Shown here: piece after piece, positions 19,804 to 32,330 of the stretch | Position numbering within the stretch: the stretch's first letter is position 1 | Layout: each line of letters opens with the position of its first letter | NCBI GenBank assembly: GCA_028705995.1 | Contig: JAQWCH010000005.1 | Span: 2,670 to 66,669, forward strand | Direction: 5' to 3' | DNA from: Bacilli bacterium | Lineage (GTDB): Bacteria > Bacillota_I > Bacilli_A > RFN20 > CAG-826 | DNA length: 64,000 nt | Notes under the pieces: model-generated | Databases searched by the model: none | The model's input: only the letters and a program-made list of their open reading frames with translations | Told to the model about the DNA's origin: nothing | Made by a program: the position numbers and the translations under genes

Positions 19804-19886
19804 AAAAACCACCGCACATGAAGCTAAATCTTAAGGCTGCTACGTTCCCGTCCTGACCTGGTTCGAAACAACTTCATTGCGATGGC
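19804..19886 (-). ncRNA. ffs: small (4.5S-type) signal recognition particle RNA
   Basis: The minus strand reads GCCATCGCAATGAAG...AACCAGGTCAGGACGGGAACGTAGCAGCC...CTTCATGTGCGGTGGTTTTT. This carries the conserved domain IV (CCAGGUCAGG..GGAA tetraloop..AGCAGCC). The 5' and 3' ends pair (CCAUCGCA/UGCGGUGG, AUGAAG/CUUCAU) and a U-tail follows. Confidence 0.8.
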
Positions 19887-19892
19887 ATAGTA

Positions 19893-19921
19893 ATTATAGT
19901 AAATCACTATTCTTTAAGCAA
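19893..19921 (-). promoter_or_regulatory. candidate sigma-A promoter of ffs
   Basis: The minus strand reads TTGCTT-N17-TATAAT, with the RNA 5' G located 7 nt downstream of the -10. Confidence 0.45.
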
Positions 19922-19922
19922 A

Positions 19923-19950
19923 TAAAAAGCCGACTTTATAACAGTCAGCT
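19923..19950 (-). terminator. rho-independent terminator after serS
   Basis: The minus strand reads AGCTGACT-GTTATAA-AGTCGGCT followed by TTTTT. Confidence 0.55.
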
Positions 19951-19964
19951 TTTTTGAATATTTA

Positions 19965-21239
19965 TTATTTTTTGAGAATAGCTTGATTGCGCATATAAGG
20001 CCGAAGAACTTCTGGTATTGTCACTGTTCCATCGCTATTTTGAAATTGTTCAAGAATCGCTGGAAATAAGCGTGATGTGGCAAGCCCGCTACCATTAAGT
20101 GTGTGGCAAAATTTTGTTTTTCCGCTCTCTAAATCCCGATAGCGAATCATTCCACGTCTTGCTTGATAATCCCTAGCATTTGAAACAGATGATACTTCTT
20201 TATAAATTTCCATGGAAGGTAGCCAAATTTCAATATCATAAGTGCGTGCCATCGAATGTGAACAATCTCCCGCGGCTAATTTTGAGATACGGAAGTGTAA
20301 ACCAAGTTTTTCGACAAGAAGTTTAGCTTTATTGACCATTTCTTCAAATGCCTGATCACTATCTTCGGCCCGTGTATATTGAACCATTTCAACTTTGTTG
20401 AATTGATATCCACGAATCATCCCGCGTTCTTCGGTTCGATACGAACCCGCTTCCCGTCGATAACATGGTGTATAAGCAAAATATTTCTTTGGTAATTCAT
20501 CAGGCGATAATATTTCGTTTCGATGAAGATTAACCAAGGCCGTTTCTGCTGTCGGTAGCATAAATCGACCTGGTTCTGCTCCGTTAAGCCAAAAAACATC
20601 TTCTTGAAATTTCGGAAATTGTCCGGCGGTATATCCGCTTTCATAATTTAGTAAATGTGGTGGTAAAACCATTTCATATCCGTCTGTTAAATGTTCGCTG
20701 ACAAAGAAATTAATTAGCGCCCATTCTAATTCTGCTCCAAGACCTGTATAAACCCATGTTCCAGAACCACTGATTTTTGCTCCGCGCTTGTAGTCAACTA
20801 ACCCGAGCCCTTCTGCTAATTGGACATGATCTTTAATTGGAAAATTAAAGATTGGTTTTTGTCCAAATTCATAAATCACTCTATTATTTTCTTTTTCACC
20901 GGATAACAAGTCTTCATCTGGTAAATTTGGTAGTACTTCAATTTTACTTTTTAGCAATTCTTCAACTTCTTTAAGTCGGGCTTCTTCAACCGCTGTTTCA
21001 TCTTTGAGTTCCTTAACACGATTAAAAATAGGGTTTAAGTCTCCGCCTTGTTTTTTAATTTGTGGGATTGAGGCTGAAAGCCGATTTTGCTCAGCTTTTG
21101 ATGATTCAACACGCACAAGTAAAGATTTTCGCTCATCATCAAGTTCAATAATATAATCGAGATTCGCGTCCCAGCCTTTTTTCGCAAGACCAGCTTCCAC
21201 ATTCTTTTTTTCGTTACGGATTTTATTGATGTCTAACAT
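19965..21239 (-). CDS. serS: seryl-tRNA synthetase
   Basis: 424 aa with an N-terminal coiled-coil arm and class II motifs (TAE..L, YTPCYRREAGS, GSGLATSR). Confidence 0.95.
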   Translation of the reverse strand: MLDINKIRNEKKNVEAGLAKKGWDANLDYIIELDDERKSLLVRVESSKAEQNRLSASIPQIKKQGGDLNPIFNRVKELKDETAVEEARLKEVEELLKSKIEVLPNLPDEDLLSGEKENNRVIYEFGQKPIFNFPIKDHVQLAEGLGLVDYKRGAKISGSGTWVYTGLGAELEWALINFFVSEHLTDGYEMVLPPHLLNYESGYTAGQFPKFQEDVFWLNGAEPGRFMLPTAETALVNLHRNEILSPDELPKKYFAYTPCYRREAGSYRTEERGMIRGYQFNKVEMVQYTRAEDSDQAFEEMVNKAKLLVEKLGLHFRISKLAAGDCSHSMARTYDIEIWLPSMEIYKEVSSVSNARDYQARRGMIRYRDLESGKTKFCHTLNGSGLATSRLFPAILEQFQNSDGTVTIPEVLRPYMRNQAILKK

Positions 21240-21380
21240 AGTTACCTTCTTTTCTAAATTGGGTTTTTAGAAACACAATCTTTTGTTTAAATATGGGTTT
21301 TAAACCTCTCTATAATAACAACGATATTTTATTGTTTTCAATTTAAATAAGCAAATCGGGAATAAAAGAGCCGGTTTTTG

Positions 21381-22382
21381 CTATAGTTTTTCAAACAATT
21401 TTGCTATTTCTTCGCCGTGTTTTGTTAAATTTCGCTCACAAACAAGTTCGTATGCGAGGTCACATTTATCATTAATTTTACCACTCAAATAACGCGCGAT
21501 TAACGTTGCTAGCGCCTCAAAATTAGCTCCAACATAACAGGTGTCATAATTAATTAACTCATCCGGATAAAAAGCTTGATGCCGAATTATGATCTGCGTT
21601 TTTGCCGCCATGGCGTCCATCAAACTAATTGTACTGGCGTACTTCTTGGCGGGTTCAAGAAAAATTGTTGCGTTCATAATCGCGGAACGATATACATCAT
21701 CCGGCACGAGTTCGCTAATCGTTAAATTCGGCGGAGCCTCTTTCCGTAATTGTTCAAGCGCTTTCTTACCACCGGTTTTTAAATCATTGACTGCAAAATA
21801 GAAAAATTGGGCGTTACTTACTAAGCGCGCGATTTTAATCACTTCATCAAGCGCGCTATCTTCATCAATACCACCAGTTGAAACAATTATTTTATCGTCG
21901 GTCTGTAATTTGAAATAGCGATAAAACAAATTAATTTCTTGTGTTTTGGTCCAATCAAAGCGCTCTAAATTTACTGCATCTTTAATAATCTCAATTGGTT
22001 TTTTAACACCATGATCAGAAAGAAATTTTGCCGCAGCTTGGCTCGGCGCAACAACAACACTCGCTTCGTTTAAAACCCTCTTAACGTCTTCTTTAATTTG
22101 AAAACTTCCATCAATGCGTTCTAACATTCGTACTTCGGGATCGTTTTCACAACGCAGTGCCCATATGATAATTGGAATTTTTTTGCGTTTTAATTTATGG
22201 ATGAGCGCTATTTCTTTTGACCGCACAGCAACGATGTTTGCAACATCATATTTGCGCCGGGGTAAATCCGTATATGGTATATTTTTTATTTCACAGGCGC
22301 CTTTTAAAGTTTTACGAAAACGTACACCTTCGTAATTAATCGCCTTTTGTTTTGTCGGGAAATAGATTAACGCCCGTTTCAT
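21381..22382 (-). CDS. glycosyltransferase (GT-B fold, GT4-like)
   Basis: 333 aa with a Rossmann-like N-terminal half and a C-terminal half. It starts 5 nt after the gyrA stop, and the GGTGA SD overlaps that stop. Confidence 0.65.
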   Translation of the reverse strand: MKRALIYFPTKQKAINYEGVRFRKTLKGACEIKNIPYTDLPRRKYDVANIVAVRSKEIALIHKLKRKKIPIIIWALRCENDPEVRMLERIDGSFQIKEDVKRVLNEASVVVAPSQAAAKFLSDHGVKKPIEIIKDAVNLERFDWTKTQEINLFYRYFKLQTDDKIIVSTGGIDEDSALDEVIKIARLVSNAQFFYFAVNDLKTGGKKALEQLRKEAPPNLTISELVPDDVYRSAIMNATIFLEPAKKYASTISLMDAMAAKTQIIIRHQAFYPDELINYDTCYVGANFEALATLIARYLSGKINDKCDLAYELVCERNLTKHGEEIAKLFEKL

Positions 22383-22387
22383 AAAGT

Positions 22388-24970
22388 TTATTCACCAATT
22401 TCTTCTTCATCTGCTGGATTCACCGTTGTAAACGAAGATACTTCTTGGCCTTCATCAAGGCGAATCAAACGAACGCCTTGTGTGTTGCGTGACATCACAT
22501 TAACTTGGTTCAACGAAATACGAATCACAATGCCTGAGGAAGTAATTATCAGCATATCTTCATCGCCGTTAACAGCGCGCAAACCAACTAACTCACCATT
22601 TTTACTTGTTGCATTAATCGTGATTACACCTTTAGTGCCACGTTTTGTTAGCCGATAGTCATCAGCTTTGGACATCTTTCCATAACCCTTGTTGGTTATG
22701 GCCAGCACAAGGGCACCTTCTTTAGAAGTGATAACGCCTACTACACGTCCTGATTTATCAAGGCTCATTCCGCGAACACCTCGCGCAGTGCGGCCCATTG
22801 GGCGGACATCACTCTCTAAGAATTTCACCATTTTGCCGTGGCTTGAACCAATACCAATTAAGCATTCTCCATTGGTGTGTTTAACATCCAATAGTTGATC
22901 ATCATCTAGTAGCGAAATAGCAATTTTGCCATTATTCCTAATTGAGGCGAACTGAGAAAGATGTGTGCGTTTTACAACACCTTTTGCTGTTACAAAGAAT
23001 AGATATTCGTTTTCGACGTATTCATCAATACTTAACATTGTCTTAACTTTCTCGTCTTGATCTAAATTAAGCAGGTTTTGCACAGGAATTCCTTTTGAAG
23101 TCCGTGATTGTTCAGGAATTTTATATCCGCGTAAACGATACACGGCACCCTTGTTTGTAAAGAACAAAACATCGGTGTGCGTCTGTGTGTGAATCAATAA
23201 ATCAACAATATCATCGTCATTTGTTTGCATGCCACGAATACCACGTCCACCACGATTTTGTGTTTTAAACGTATCTGGAGAGAGGCGTTTAATGTATCCG
23301 TTTTTCGTGAGCGAAACAATAATATCTTCAACTGGAATTAAATCCTCATCATCTATATCAGCATAATCATTTGAAATCATCGTCCGGCGTTCATCACCAA
23401 ATTTATTTTTGATTTCTTCTAATTCTTTAAGAACGACCTCTTGAATATTTTCTCGGCTGGCTAAAATCGACTGATATTTAGCGATTGAGGATTCAAGATT
23501 TGTTTTTTCGGTTGTTAATTTTTGCTCTTCTAATCCGGTTAACCGTCTTAAAGTCATACTAAGAATTTCTTTAACTTGTAATTCCGAAAACGCAAACCGC
23601 TCAACTAAGCGAGCTGATGCCTCGTCTGGCGTTGCGCTTGCTTTGATCATATCGACAATTTCATCGATGTGGTCACGAGCACGGAGAAGTCCTTCAACGA
23701 TATGTAGGCGGGCATCTGCAACTCTTAATTGATGTTCCGTCCGTTTGCGAATAATTTCGATTTGGTAATCAAGATAATTTTTAAGTAAATCAGTAATTGG
23801 TAAAACTTTTGGTGCATTATTAACTAAACACAAATTAATGATACCGAAAGATGTTTGTAGTTGTGTGTTTTTATAAAGTTGATTTAGTAATACTTCTGGA
23901 ATAATATCTTTTCTTAATTCAATCACAACACGAATTCCTTCGCTGTTTGATTCATCGCGTATATCGGTAATGCCTTCCATTACTTTGTTGCGTACAAGGT
24001 CGGCAATCGCTTCTATTACGCGCGCTTTGTTAACTTGATAAGGTATTTCTGTGACAATGATGCGGTTTTTCCCGTTGTCCATTTGTTCAACGTGCGTTTT
24101 TGCCCGCATAATGACGCTCCCTTGGCCGGTTTCATATGCTTTACGTATGCCAGCGCGCCCAAGAATAAAACCGCCTGTTGGAAAATCTGGACCAGAAAGG
24201 TAATTTTGCATAATTTCAAGTGGCGTTAAATCTGGTTGATGCGCTATTGCAACAATCGCATTCACTACTTCGTTAAGGTTATGTGGCGCCATATTGGTCG
24301 CCATTCCAACTGCAATTCCTGACGTTCCGTTGACTAATAAATTTGGAAAACGTGATGGTAAAACAACTGGTTCTTGTTCTGTTCCATCATAGTTATCAAC
24401 AAAATCGACAGTATTTAAATCAATATCGCGGACCATTTCAAGCGCCATTTTTGACATTCTTGCTTCGGTATACCGCATCGCGGCAGCTTCATCGCCATCA
24501 ATTGACCCAAAATTACCATGACCATCAACTAGCGGATAACGCATCGAAAAATTTTGTGCCAATCTAACAAGCGTTGAATAAATTGCTGAATCGCCGTGTG
24601 GGTGATATTTACCCATAACATCACCAACAATACGTGCTGATTTTTTATGGGGTTTATCAGGTGTCATCCCTGTTTCATTCATCGAAAAAATAATCCGCCG
24701 ATGAACAGGTTTAAATCCATCCCGAACATCCGGAATTGCTCGAGCGACAATCACCGACATTGCGTAATCTAAAAACGCGCTGCGAACTTCACTAGAAATT
24801 TCAACGTCTTTTAAACCAGGTACAATACCGCTTTCAATTTTTTCTAATTCATCTAATGTTTCATCGTCAACATCAGAGGCCTCGCTATCAGCAATAATCT
24901 CTTTGTCTTCTTTTTCTGTTGGTTCAATTTGATCCTTAGGATCAAAATTATCTCTATTATCTTCAAACAT
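22388..24970 (-). CDS. gyrA: DNA gyrase subunit A
   Basis: [24 protein letters not shown], the active-site Tyr region AAMRYTE and C-terminal beta-pinwheel repeats are present. A GAAGGAGG SD supports the ATG at 24970. Confidence 0.97.
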   Translation of the reverse strand: MFEDNRDNFDPKDQIEPTEKEDKEIIADSEASDVDDETLDELEKIESGIVPGLKDVEISSEVRSAFLDYAMSVIVARAIPDVRDGFKPVHRRIIFSMNETGMTPDKPHKKSARIVGDVMGKYHPHGDSAIYSTLVRLAQNFSMRYPLVDGHGNFGSIDGDEAAAMRYTEARMSKMALEMVRDIDLNTVDFVDNYDGTEQEPVVLPSRFPNLLVNGTSGIAVGMATNMAPHNLNEVVNAIVAIAHQPDLTPLEIMQNYLSGPDFPTGGFILGRAGIRKAYETGQGSVIMRAKTHVEQMDNGKNRIIVTEIPYQVNKARVIEAIADLVRNKVMEGITDIRDESNSEGIRVVIELRKDIIPEVLLNQLYKNTQLQTSFGIINLCLVNNAPKVLPITDLLKNYLDYQIEIIRKRTEHQLRVADARLHIVEGLLRARDHIDEIVDMIKASATPDEASARLVERFAFSELQVKEILSMTLRRLTGLEEQKLTTEKTNLESSIAKYQSILASRENIQEVVLKELEEIKNKFGDERRTMISNDYADIDDEDLIPVEDIIVSLTKNGYIKRLSPDTFKTQNRGGRGIRGMQTNDDDIVDLLIHTQTHTDVLFFTNKGAVYRLRGYKIPEQSRTSKGIPVQNLLNLDQDEKVKTMLSIDEYVENEYLFFVTAKGVVKRTHLSQFASIRNNGKIAISLLDDDQLLDVKHTNGECLIGIGSSHGKMVKFLESDVRPMGRTARGVRGMSLDKSGRVVGVITSKEGALVLAITNKGYGKMSKADDYRLTKRGTKGVITINATSKNGELVGLRAVNGDEDMLIITSSGIVIRISLNQVNVMSRNTQGVRLIRLDEGQEVSSFTTVNPADEEEIGE

Positions 24971-24984
24971 TTTATGGCCTCCTT

Positions 24985-28137
<3,153 letters not shown>

Positions 28138-28151
<14 letters not shown>

Positions 28152-28365
28152 ACACCGCAATAACAAACGATTGATCATTGATTGTTATCGTGTCTGTTGG
28201 ATAAAGTTTTTTTCCGCGACGAAGCTCTTTTTCCCCATTAACAAAAACATCATGTTGATTAAGATAAGTTTTTGCATCCCCACCAAAACTAATTAAACCA
28301 ACTTTTTTGAGCAATTGACCAAGGGCGATATAGTCGCCGGTAATAGCAACAACAGTGTTTTTCAC
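28138..28365 (-). CDS. yaaA: S4-domain RNA-binding protein YaaA
   Basis: 75 aa with a GTG start, an S4-like fold and the conserved position between dnaN and recF. Confidence 0.8.
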
Positions 28366-28398
28366 AATCGATTTTTTTCCTTTTTTGACCTTGTTTAA

Positions 28399-28407
28399 AG
28401 TATACCA
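28399..28407 (-). promoter_or_regulatory. extended -10 promoter candidate for yaaA-recF-gyrBA
   Basis: The minus strand reads TGGTATACT (TGnTATACT), about 35 nt upstream of the GTG start. Confidence 0.4.
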
Positions 28408-28539
28408 TTTTTGGGCTAAAAAAGGAATATTATATATTCCTTTAAAACGCTAAATTTACACCCTAGAATCTCTCCTAATAAACGTTTGTTGTTTTTGGTA
28501 TATTTATCCCTTTTGTGGCTTTTTGTTCCTTGGTGTTTT

Positions 28540-28567
28540 AAAAAAGCGAACACTTGGTGTGCTCGCT
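28540..28567 (-). terminator. rho-independent terminator after dnaN
   Basis: The minus strand reads AGCGAGCAC-ACCAA-GTGTTCGCT followed by TTTTTT. Confidence 0.6.
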
Positions 28568-28596
28568 TATAAATACAATATTCTTGGTTTTGTTGT

Positions 28597-29718
28597 CTAA
28601 TATGTTCTAACTGGCGTCACAATTTGGATTTGTGTTTCATCCTCCATGTTGCGCACACTAATTGGTTTCATTTCCCCAAGAAAACTTAATGTCACATCTT
28701 CTGAACGACAAGCTTTTACCGCTGCTGCGACAAAAGCGGAATTAAATGATATTTGTAAAGGTTCTCCAGTAAATTGGAATGTTGATAATTGTTCAACCGC
28801 GGAACCTTTTTGGTTAGATTTGGTTGATATTGTTACTTCGCTCGCGCTCATTGCGAGTTTAACAACGTTTTCTCTTTCGCCTGAAAGAAGCGAAACACGG
28901 TCCATTGCTCTTAATAGTTCGTCGGCATTAACTTCTAGAAAATAATTGTATGAACGCGGAACAATATTTTGTGTTGCTGGATATTCACCTGAAATTAGAC
29001 GGGAATTGACCACAGTGTTATCGAACGCAAACAAGATTTTTTTGTCGCTAACAGATAACTCTATTTCGTCTTCGGTTTCCGCCATCCGAGCAATTTCGCT
29101 CAAAAATTTAGCAGGTACATTTGCAGAAAAATTAAGGTTTTGGTCAATTTTAACTGTTTTTCTTGATAATCGAGCACTGTCAGTGGCAACAGCTGTAAGT
29201 TCGCTATCCCGAGCGAGTAAATTCACCGCCGTTAAAACTGGGCGTTGTTCTTTTTGGCTAGCGGCAAAAGCAGTTTGATCGACCATTTTTATAAAATCGC
29301 TAACACGCAAAGAAAGAGTAACTCCTGTTGGTTCAAAATCTAATAACGGGAATTCTTCAACTTTAACTGAATTTAATTTGAAATTGGACCGTCCGTCATC
29401 AATTTGAAGGATTACATTATCTACAAGTTCAATATTTATTTCTTTTGCTTCCATCCGCCGAACAATCTCGGTAAGTGTCCGCGCTTCAACTAAAGCAGCG
29501 CCTTCACGATAATTTGTGATGATGTCTGTGGAACCAATCATATAAGGAATTGTTGTTCTGACAGAAAGTTCGTTGTTTGTTGTTACAAGCAGTAAACCTT
29601 TTTCATTCAATTCCATTTTTACGTTACTCATAACCGGAATCGGAGTTTTTGATGCAATACCATGTAAAACAACTGTCAGGCTTTTCAGCATCTGCTCACG
29701 ATTAATTTTTAATTTCAT
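28597..29718 (-). CDS. dnaN: DNA polymerase III beta sliding clamp
   Basis: 373 aa with the three-domain clamp pattern and the conserved position after dnaA. An AGGAGGA SD is present. Confidence 0.95.
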   Translation of the reverse strand: MKLKINREQMLKSLTVVLHGIASKTPIPVMSNVKMELNEKGLLLVTTNNELSVRTTIPYMIGSTDIITNYREGAALVEARTLTEIVRRMEAKEINIELVDNVILQIDDGRSNFKLNSVKVEEFPLLDFEPTGVTLSLRVSDFIKMVDQTAFAASQKEQRPVLTAVNLLARDSELTAVATDSARLSRKTVKIDQNLNFSANVPAKFLSEIARMAETEDEIELSVSDKKILFAFDNTVVNSRLISGEYPATQNIVPRSYNYFLEVNADELLRAMDRVSLLSGERENVVKLAMSASEVTISTKSNQKGSAVEQLSTFQFTGEPLQISFNSAFVAAAVKACRSEDVTLSFLGEMKPISVRNMEDETQIQIVTPVRTY

Positions 29719-29852
29719 CTTTCTATCCTCCTAAGAATAATAATAGTAATAATAGCTGTGGATTGTGTGGATAACTTGTCTTTATCCGTTATTTATACTT
29801 AATAAATTATACCACGCCTCACGAGATTTAGTGATAAAATACTATGCTTTTA
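29719..29852. other. oriC sub-region 2 (dnaA-dnaN intergenic): tandem DnaA boxes plus a trinucleotide-periodic tract
   Basis: TGTGGATTG (29757-29765) and a perfect TGTGGATAA (29766-29774) are present, plus a weaker TTATCCGTT (29782-29790). The adjacent 29736-29754 reads TAT TAT TAC TAT TAT TAT T on the minus strand. Confidence 0.7.
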
Positions 29853-31211
29853 TCAAGATTTTAATCTTTTTCTTAGTTCCTTAACAGCCGTCTGTAAAGC
29901 GGCGTCGGTTTTCAACTGTTTTTCCACTTTGTTAATCGCGTTTATCACAGTTGAATGATCTTTACCGCCAAATGATTGACCGATTTTAGCAAAAGGCACA
30001 TCAAGCAGTTCGCGAATTAAATACATTGATATGTGGCGGGCCAAAGCAATTTGTTGGGTGCGAATACGACCAGCGAGTTGACTAGGTGTCAAATTGTAAT
30101 AATCGGCGACAACATTAATTACTTTTTCTTTAGATAATTTTGTTTTCATTTCTTCGTTATCGATGAGTGGTTGAACAGATTCCGCGGCGATTTCCATTGT
30201 CACGTGATTAGTCTCGCGAATATTAATGATATAAAACAACAAACGATTCAAAGCACCTTCAAGTTCACGCACGTTGTTTGAGAATTTATCAGCAAAAAAA
30301 GTAATAACTTCATCATCAAAACGGTTAATATCAAGGTTGTTTGCAGTAATTTTCTTGCGCAAAATTGCTTTAGAGGTTTCCAGATCTGGTTTCGTGATAT
30401 TAACCGTAAGACCAGAAGAGAAACGACTAACCAAACGAGACTCTAATCCTTTTAAATCTGTTGGATGCCGATCAGACGTAAGGACAATTTGTTTACCAGC
30501 ACTCACTAAGTTATTAAAAATATGAAAAAACATTTCTTCTGTTTTTGTTTTATCGGCTAAAAATTGAATATCATCTACCAGAAGAAAATCAACTTTTTTA
30601 AAGAAATCTTTTAATGATTCAGAGTCTTTGTCACCGTGCACATAATGGATGAATTCATCAACAAAATCATCAGTAGAAATATATAAAACCTTAGCGGCAG
30701 GTGAATTCTTTTTAATATAATTACCCATCGCGTGTAACAAGTGAGTTTTTCCTAAACCAGAATCAGAATATATAAATAGAGGATTAAACATTTTTCCAGG
30801 ATTAGCCGCTGTCATTAAGGCTGCTTGCAAAGCTTCGCGATTTGAAGGCCCAGAAACAAAATTATCAAATGTAAAATTAGTATTGATAGAGGAGTTTGCG
30901 AAAAACGTCTGTTTTTCTTCAACAGGTTTTACTTCTACTTGGTTGATTTCGGTTTTTTGGATATAAGATAAAACAAAATTACTCTGTGTTGTATCTAAAA
31001 CAACTTCAGAAATTAAATCATTATATTTTGTTGCTAAAATGCTTGCGGCCAATCCACTATTGACGACCACAACCATAGAATTTCCTTCAATTCGATAGAT
31101 GTAAGTACCACTAAAAAAAGAATCAAAAATATTGCGATCATTAATACGGCCCGCTAATTGAACTAAGATACGATCCCATAACTGAGTAATTTCTGAAATT
31201 GAACGCGCCAT
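29853..31211 (-). CDS. dnaA: chromosomal replication initiator protein DnaA
   Basis: 452 aa with AAA+ Walker A GLGKTHLLHAMGN, Walker B LLVDDIQF and the C-terminal DnaA-box binding domain (...GGKDHSTVINA). Confidence 0.97.
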   Translation of the reverse strand: MARSISEITQLWDRILVQLAGRINDRNIFDSFFSGTYIYRIEGNSMVVVVNSGLAASILATKYNDLISEVVLDTTQSNFVLSYIQKTEINQVEVKPVEEKQTFFANSSINTNFTFDNFVSGPSNREALQAALMTAANPGKMFNPLFIYSDSGLGKTHLLHAMGNYIKKNSPAAKVLYISTDDFVDEFIHYVHGDKDSESLKDFFKKVDFLLVDDIQFLADKTKTEEMFFHIFNNLVSAGKQIVLTSDRHPTDLKGLESRLVSRFSSGLTVNITKPDLETSKAILRKKITANNLDINRFDDEVITFFADKFSNNVRELEGALNRLLFYIINIRETNHVTMEIAAESVQPLIDNEEMKTKLSKEKVINVVADYYNLTPSQLAGRIRTQQIALARHISMYLIRELLDVPFAKIGQSFGGKDHSTVINAINKVEKQLKTDAALQTAVKELRKRLKS

Positions 31212-31250
31212 ACACTAATCCCCTTTGAAAAAAGAATTCTTAATGCTTGA

Positions 31251-31259
31251 ATTTTAACA
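31251..31259 (-). promoter_or_regulatory. extended -10 promoter candidate for dnaA
   Basis: The minus strand reads TGTTAAAAT about 40 nt upstream of the dnaA ATG. An AAAGGGGA SD follows. Confidence 0.4.
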
Positions 31260-31709
31260 TAATAAACAGCGAAAAAAAGTAAACCTTGAAGACATTTTTA
31301 GTTTTCCACAATTTCAGCATAAAAAACACCCGACATTATCGTGTTTTCCACAGTTTCCACAAAATATAATTGTGGATAAATTTGTCGATAACTTTTTCCA
31401 CGTTTTATTTGGTTAACAATATTCCACCAAATCCACAAAACGGAACGGAATCCACATTACAAAAAACAACACCAACATTAAATAATTTGTTCTTACAAAC
31501 ACAGCTAGTTGTTGCTAAATGGTAAATTGTGGAAAAAACAAAATCTAGAATAAATATAGAATTAAAAAGGGACAAAAAACAGAACAAAAATAAAGTATTT
31601 ACCGTTTTTTTAGCAAAAAATGAAAATTTTATCTTTTATTTACATTCCGGTATTTATTTTTTGTTGGTTAATAGAAATTAAACGTTGTTTTCTTACAACT
31701 TGTTTGTAT

Positions 31710-31739
31710 TTGACTTTACTTACTATTTACATATATAAT
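31710..31739 (+). promoter_or_regulatory. candidate sigma-A promoter of rpmH-rnpA-yidC-jag
   Basis: TTGACT-N18-TATAAT lies 63 nt upstream of the rpmH ATG. Confidence 0.5.
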
Positions 31740-31802
31740 TCTAAACGCGTATTTAAATGAAAAAGATGTATTTATATATGTCTTGATACGGAGGGAATTT
31801 AT

Positions 31803-31937
31803 ATGAAAAGAACTTTTCAACCAACACAATTGCATCGTAATCGCACACACGGTTTTCGGTCACGTATGGCGACCCCGAATGGTCGTAACGTCTTAGCTCG
31901 TCGCCGGGCCAAAGGACGGAAGTCATTAACAGTCTAA
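31803..31937 (+). CDS. rpmH: 50S ribosomal protein L34
   Basis: 44 codons, below the ORF-track size cutoff: [53 protein letters not shown] is present. Confidence 0.95.
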   Translation: MKRTFQPTQLHRNRTHGFRSRMATPNGRNVLARRRAKGRKSLTV

Positions 31938-31991
31938 AAACACGGGATCGCTAATCGCTTTAGATTGGCGATTTTTCGAAAAGGAGCAAAA

Positions 31992-32330
31992 ATGAATACT
32001 AAAAATCGTGTTAAAAGCAATAAAGACTTTCAAACGATTATTCATCAAGGCTCGACACTGAAAAACAAAGTCTTTGTCTGCCACTTCTTACTAACAAAAA
32101 ACCAACATGTTCGCGTTGGTATTGCTGTATCAAAAAAACGCGGGAATGCAGTAAGACGTAATCTAATTAAAAGGCAGATTCGTGCTATTTGTATGGCAAA
32201 CATTGATTTTGCTAAGAGTTATGACTTAATAGTTGTTGCACGTGATAGTTATGACGTGAACGACTACGCTAGTATGCAAGAAGCGTTTATTACACTTCTT
32301 ACATCCTTCGAAAGGAATCTTCATGCTTAA
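31992..32330 (+). CDS. rnpA: ribonuclease P protein component
   Basis: Basic protein of 112 aa with KKRGNAVRRNLIKRQIR (the RNR motif). The start is ATG 31992 with an AAGGAG SD. The ORF-track TTG 31965 is rejected. Confidence 0.9.
   Translation: MNTKNRVKSNKDFQTIIHQGSTLKNKVFVCHFLLTKNQHVRVGIAVSKKRGNAVRRNLIKRQIRAICMANIDFAKSYDLIVVARDSYDVNDYASMQEAFITLLTSFERNLHA

Larger units (their letters stand above)
31212..31802. other. oriC sub-region 1 (dnaA-rpmH intergenic) with DnaA-box cluster and AT-rich stretch
   Basis: 591-bp non-coding gap. Nine DnaA-box-like 9-mers lie at 31301, 31344, 31353, 31371 (perfect TGTGGATAA), 31394, 31420, 31429, 31448 and 31528. A very AT-rich region spans about 31540-31700. 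Confidence 0.8.

Noticed and set aside
19765-19812. ORF-track N-terminal extension of tadA (MVFKLFFKYRVKIIKK).
   Set aside because: It overlaps the 3' stem and U-tail of the SRP RNA. The conserved TadA sequence starts after the internal ATGs at 19764 and 19752.
21240-21380. Possible T-box riboswitch upstream of serS. Also considered upstream of lysS at 61235-61281 and upstream of metG.
   Set aside because: The leaders are only about 140, 47 and 62 nt long. No T-box consensus (..GGTGG.ACCGCG..) and no specifier or antiterminator architecture is visible.
31405-31587. 60-aa ORF inside the dnaA-rpmH spacer.
   Set aside because: It lies across the DnaA-box cluster, has no SD and has a low-complexity, Phe/Cys-rich translation typical of chance ORFs in AT-rich DNA.
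31652-31669. A near-identical 16-17-mer (TATTTATTTTT(T)GTTGG) is shared between the oriC AT-rich region and the sigma-gene promoter region (9104-9120).
   Set aside because: It is AT-rich low-complexity sequence. The oriC copy lacks the CGTAT element. Coincidence is the most likely explanation.
31747-31756. CGTATTTAAA near the rpmH promoter as a possible ECF -10.
   Set aside because: No CCAAY element lies at the N17 position, and the site is on the plus strand downstream of a good sigma-A promoter. It is probably chance.
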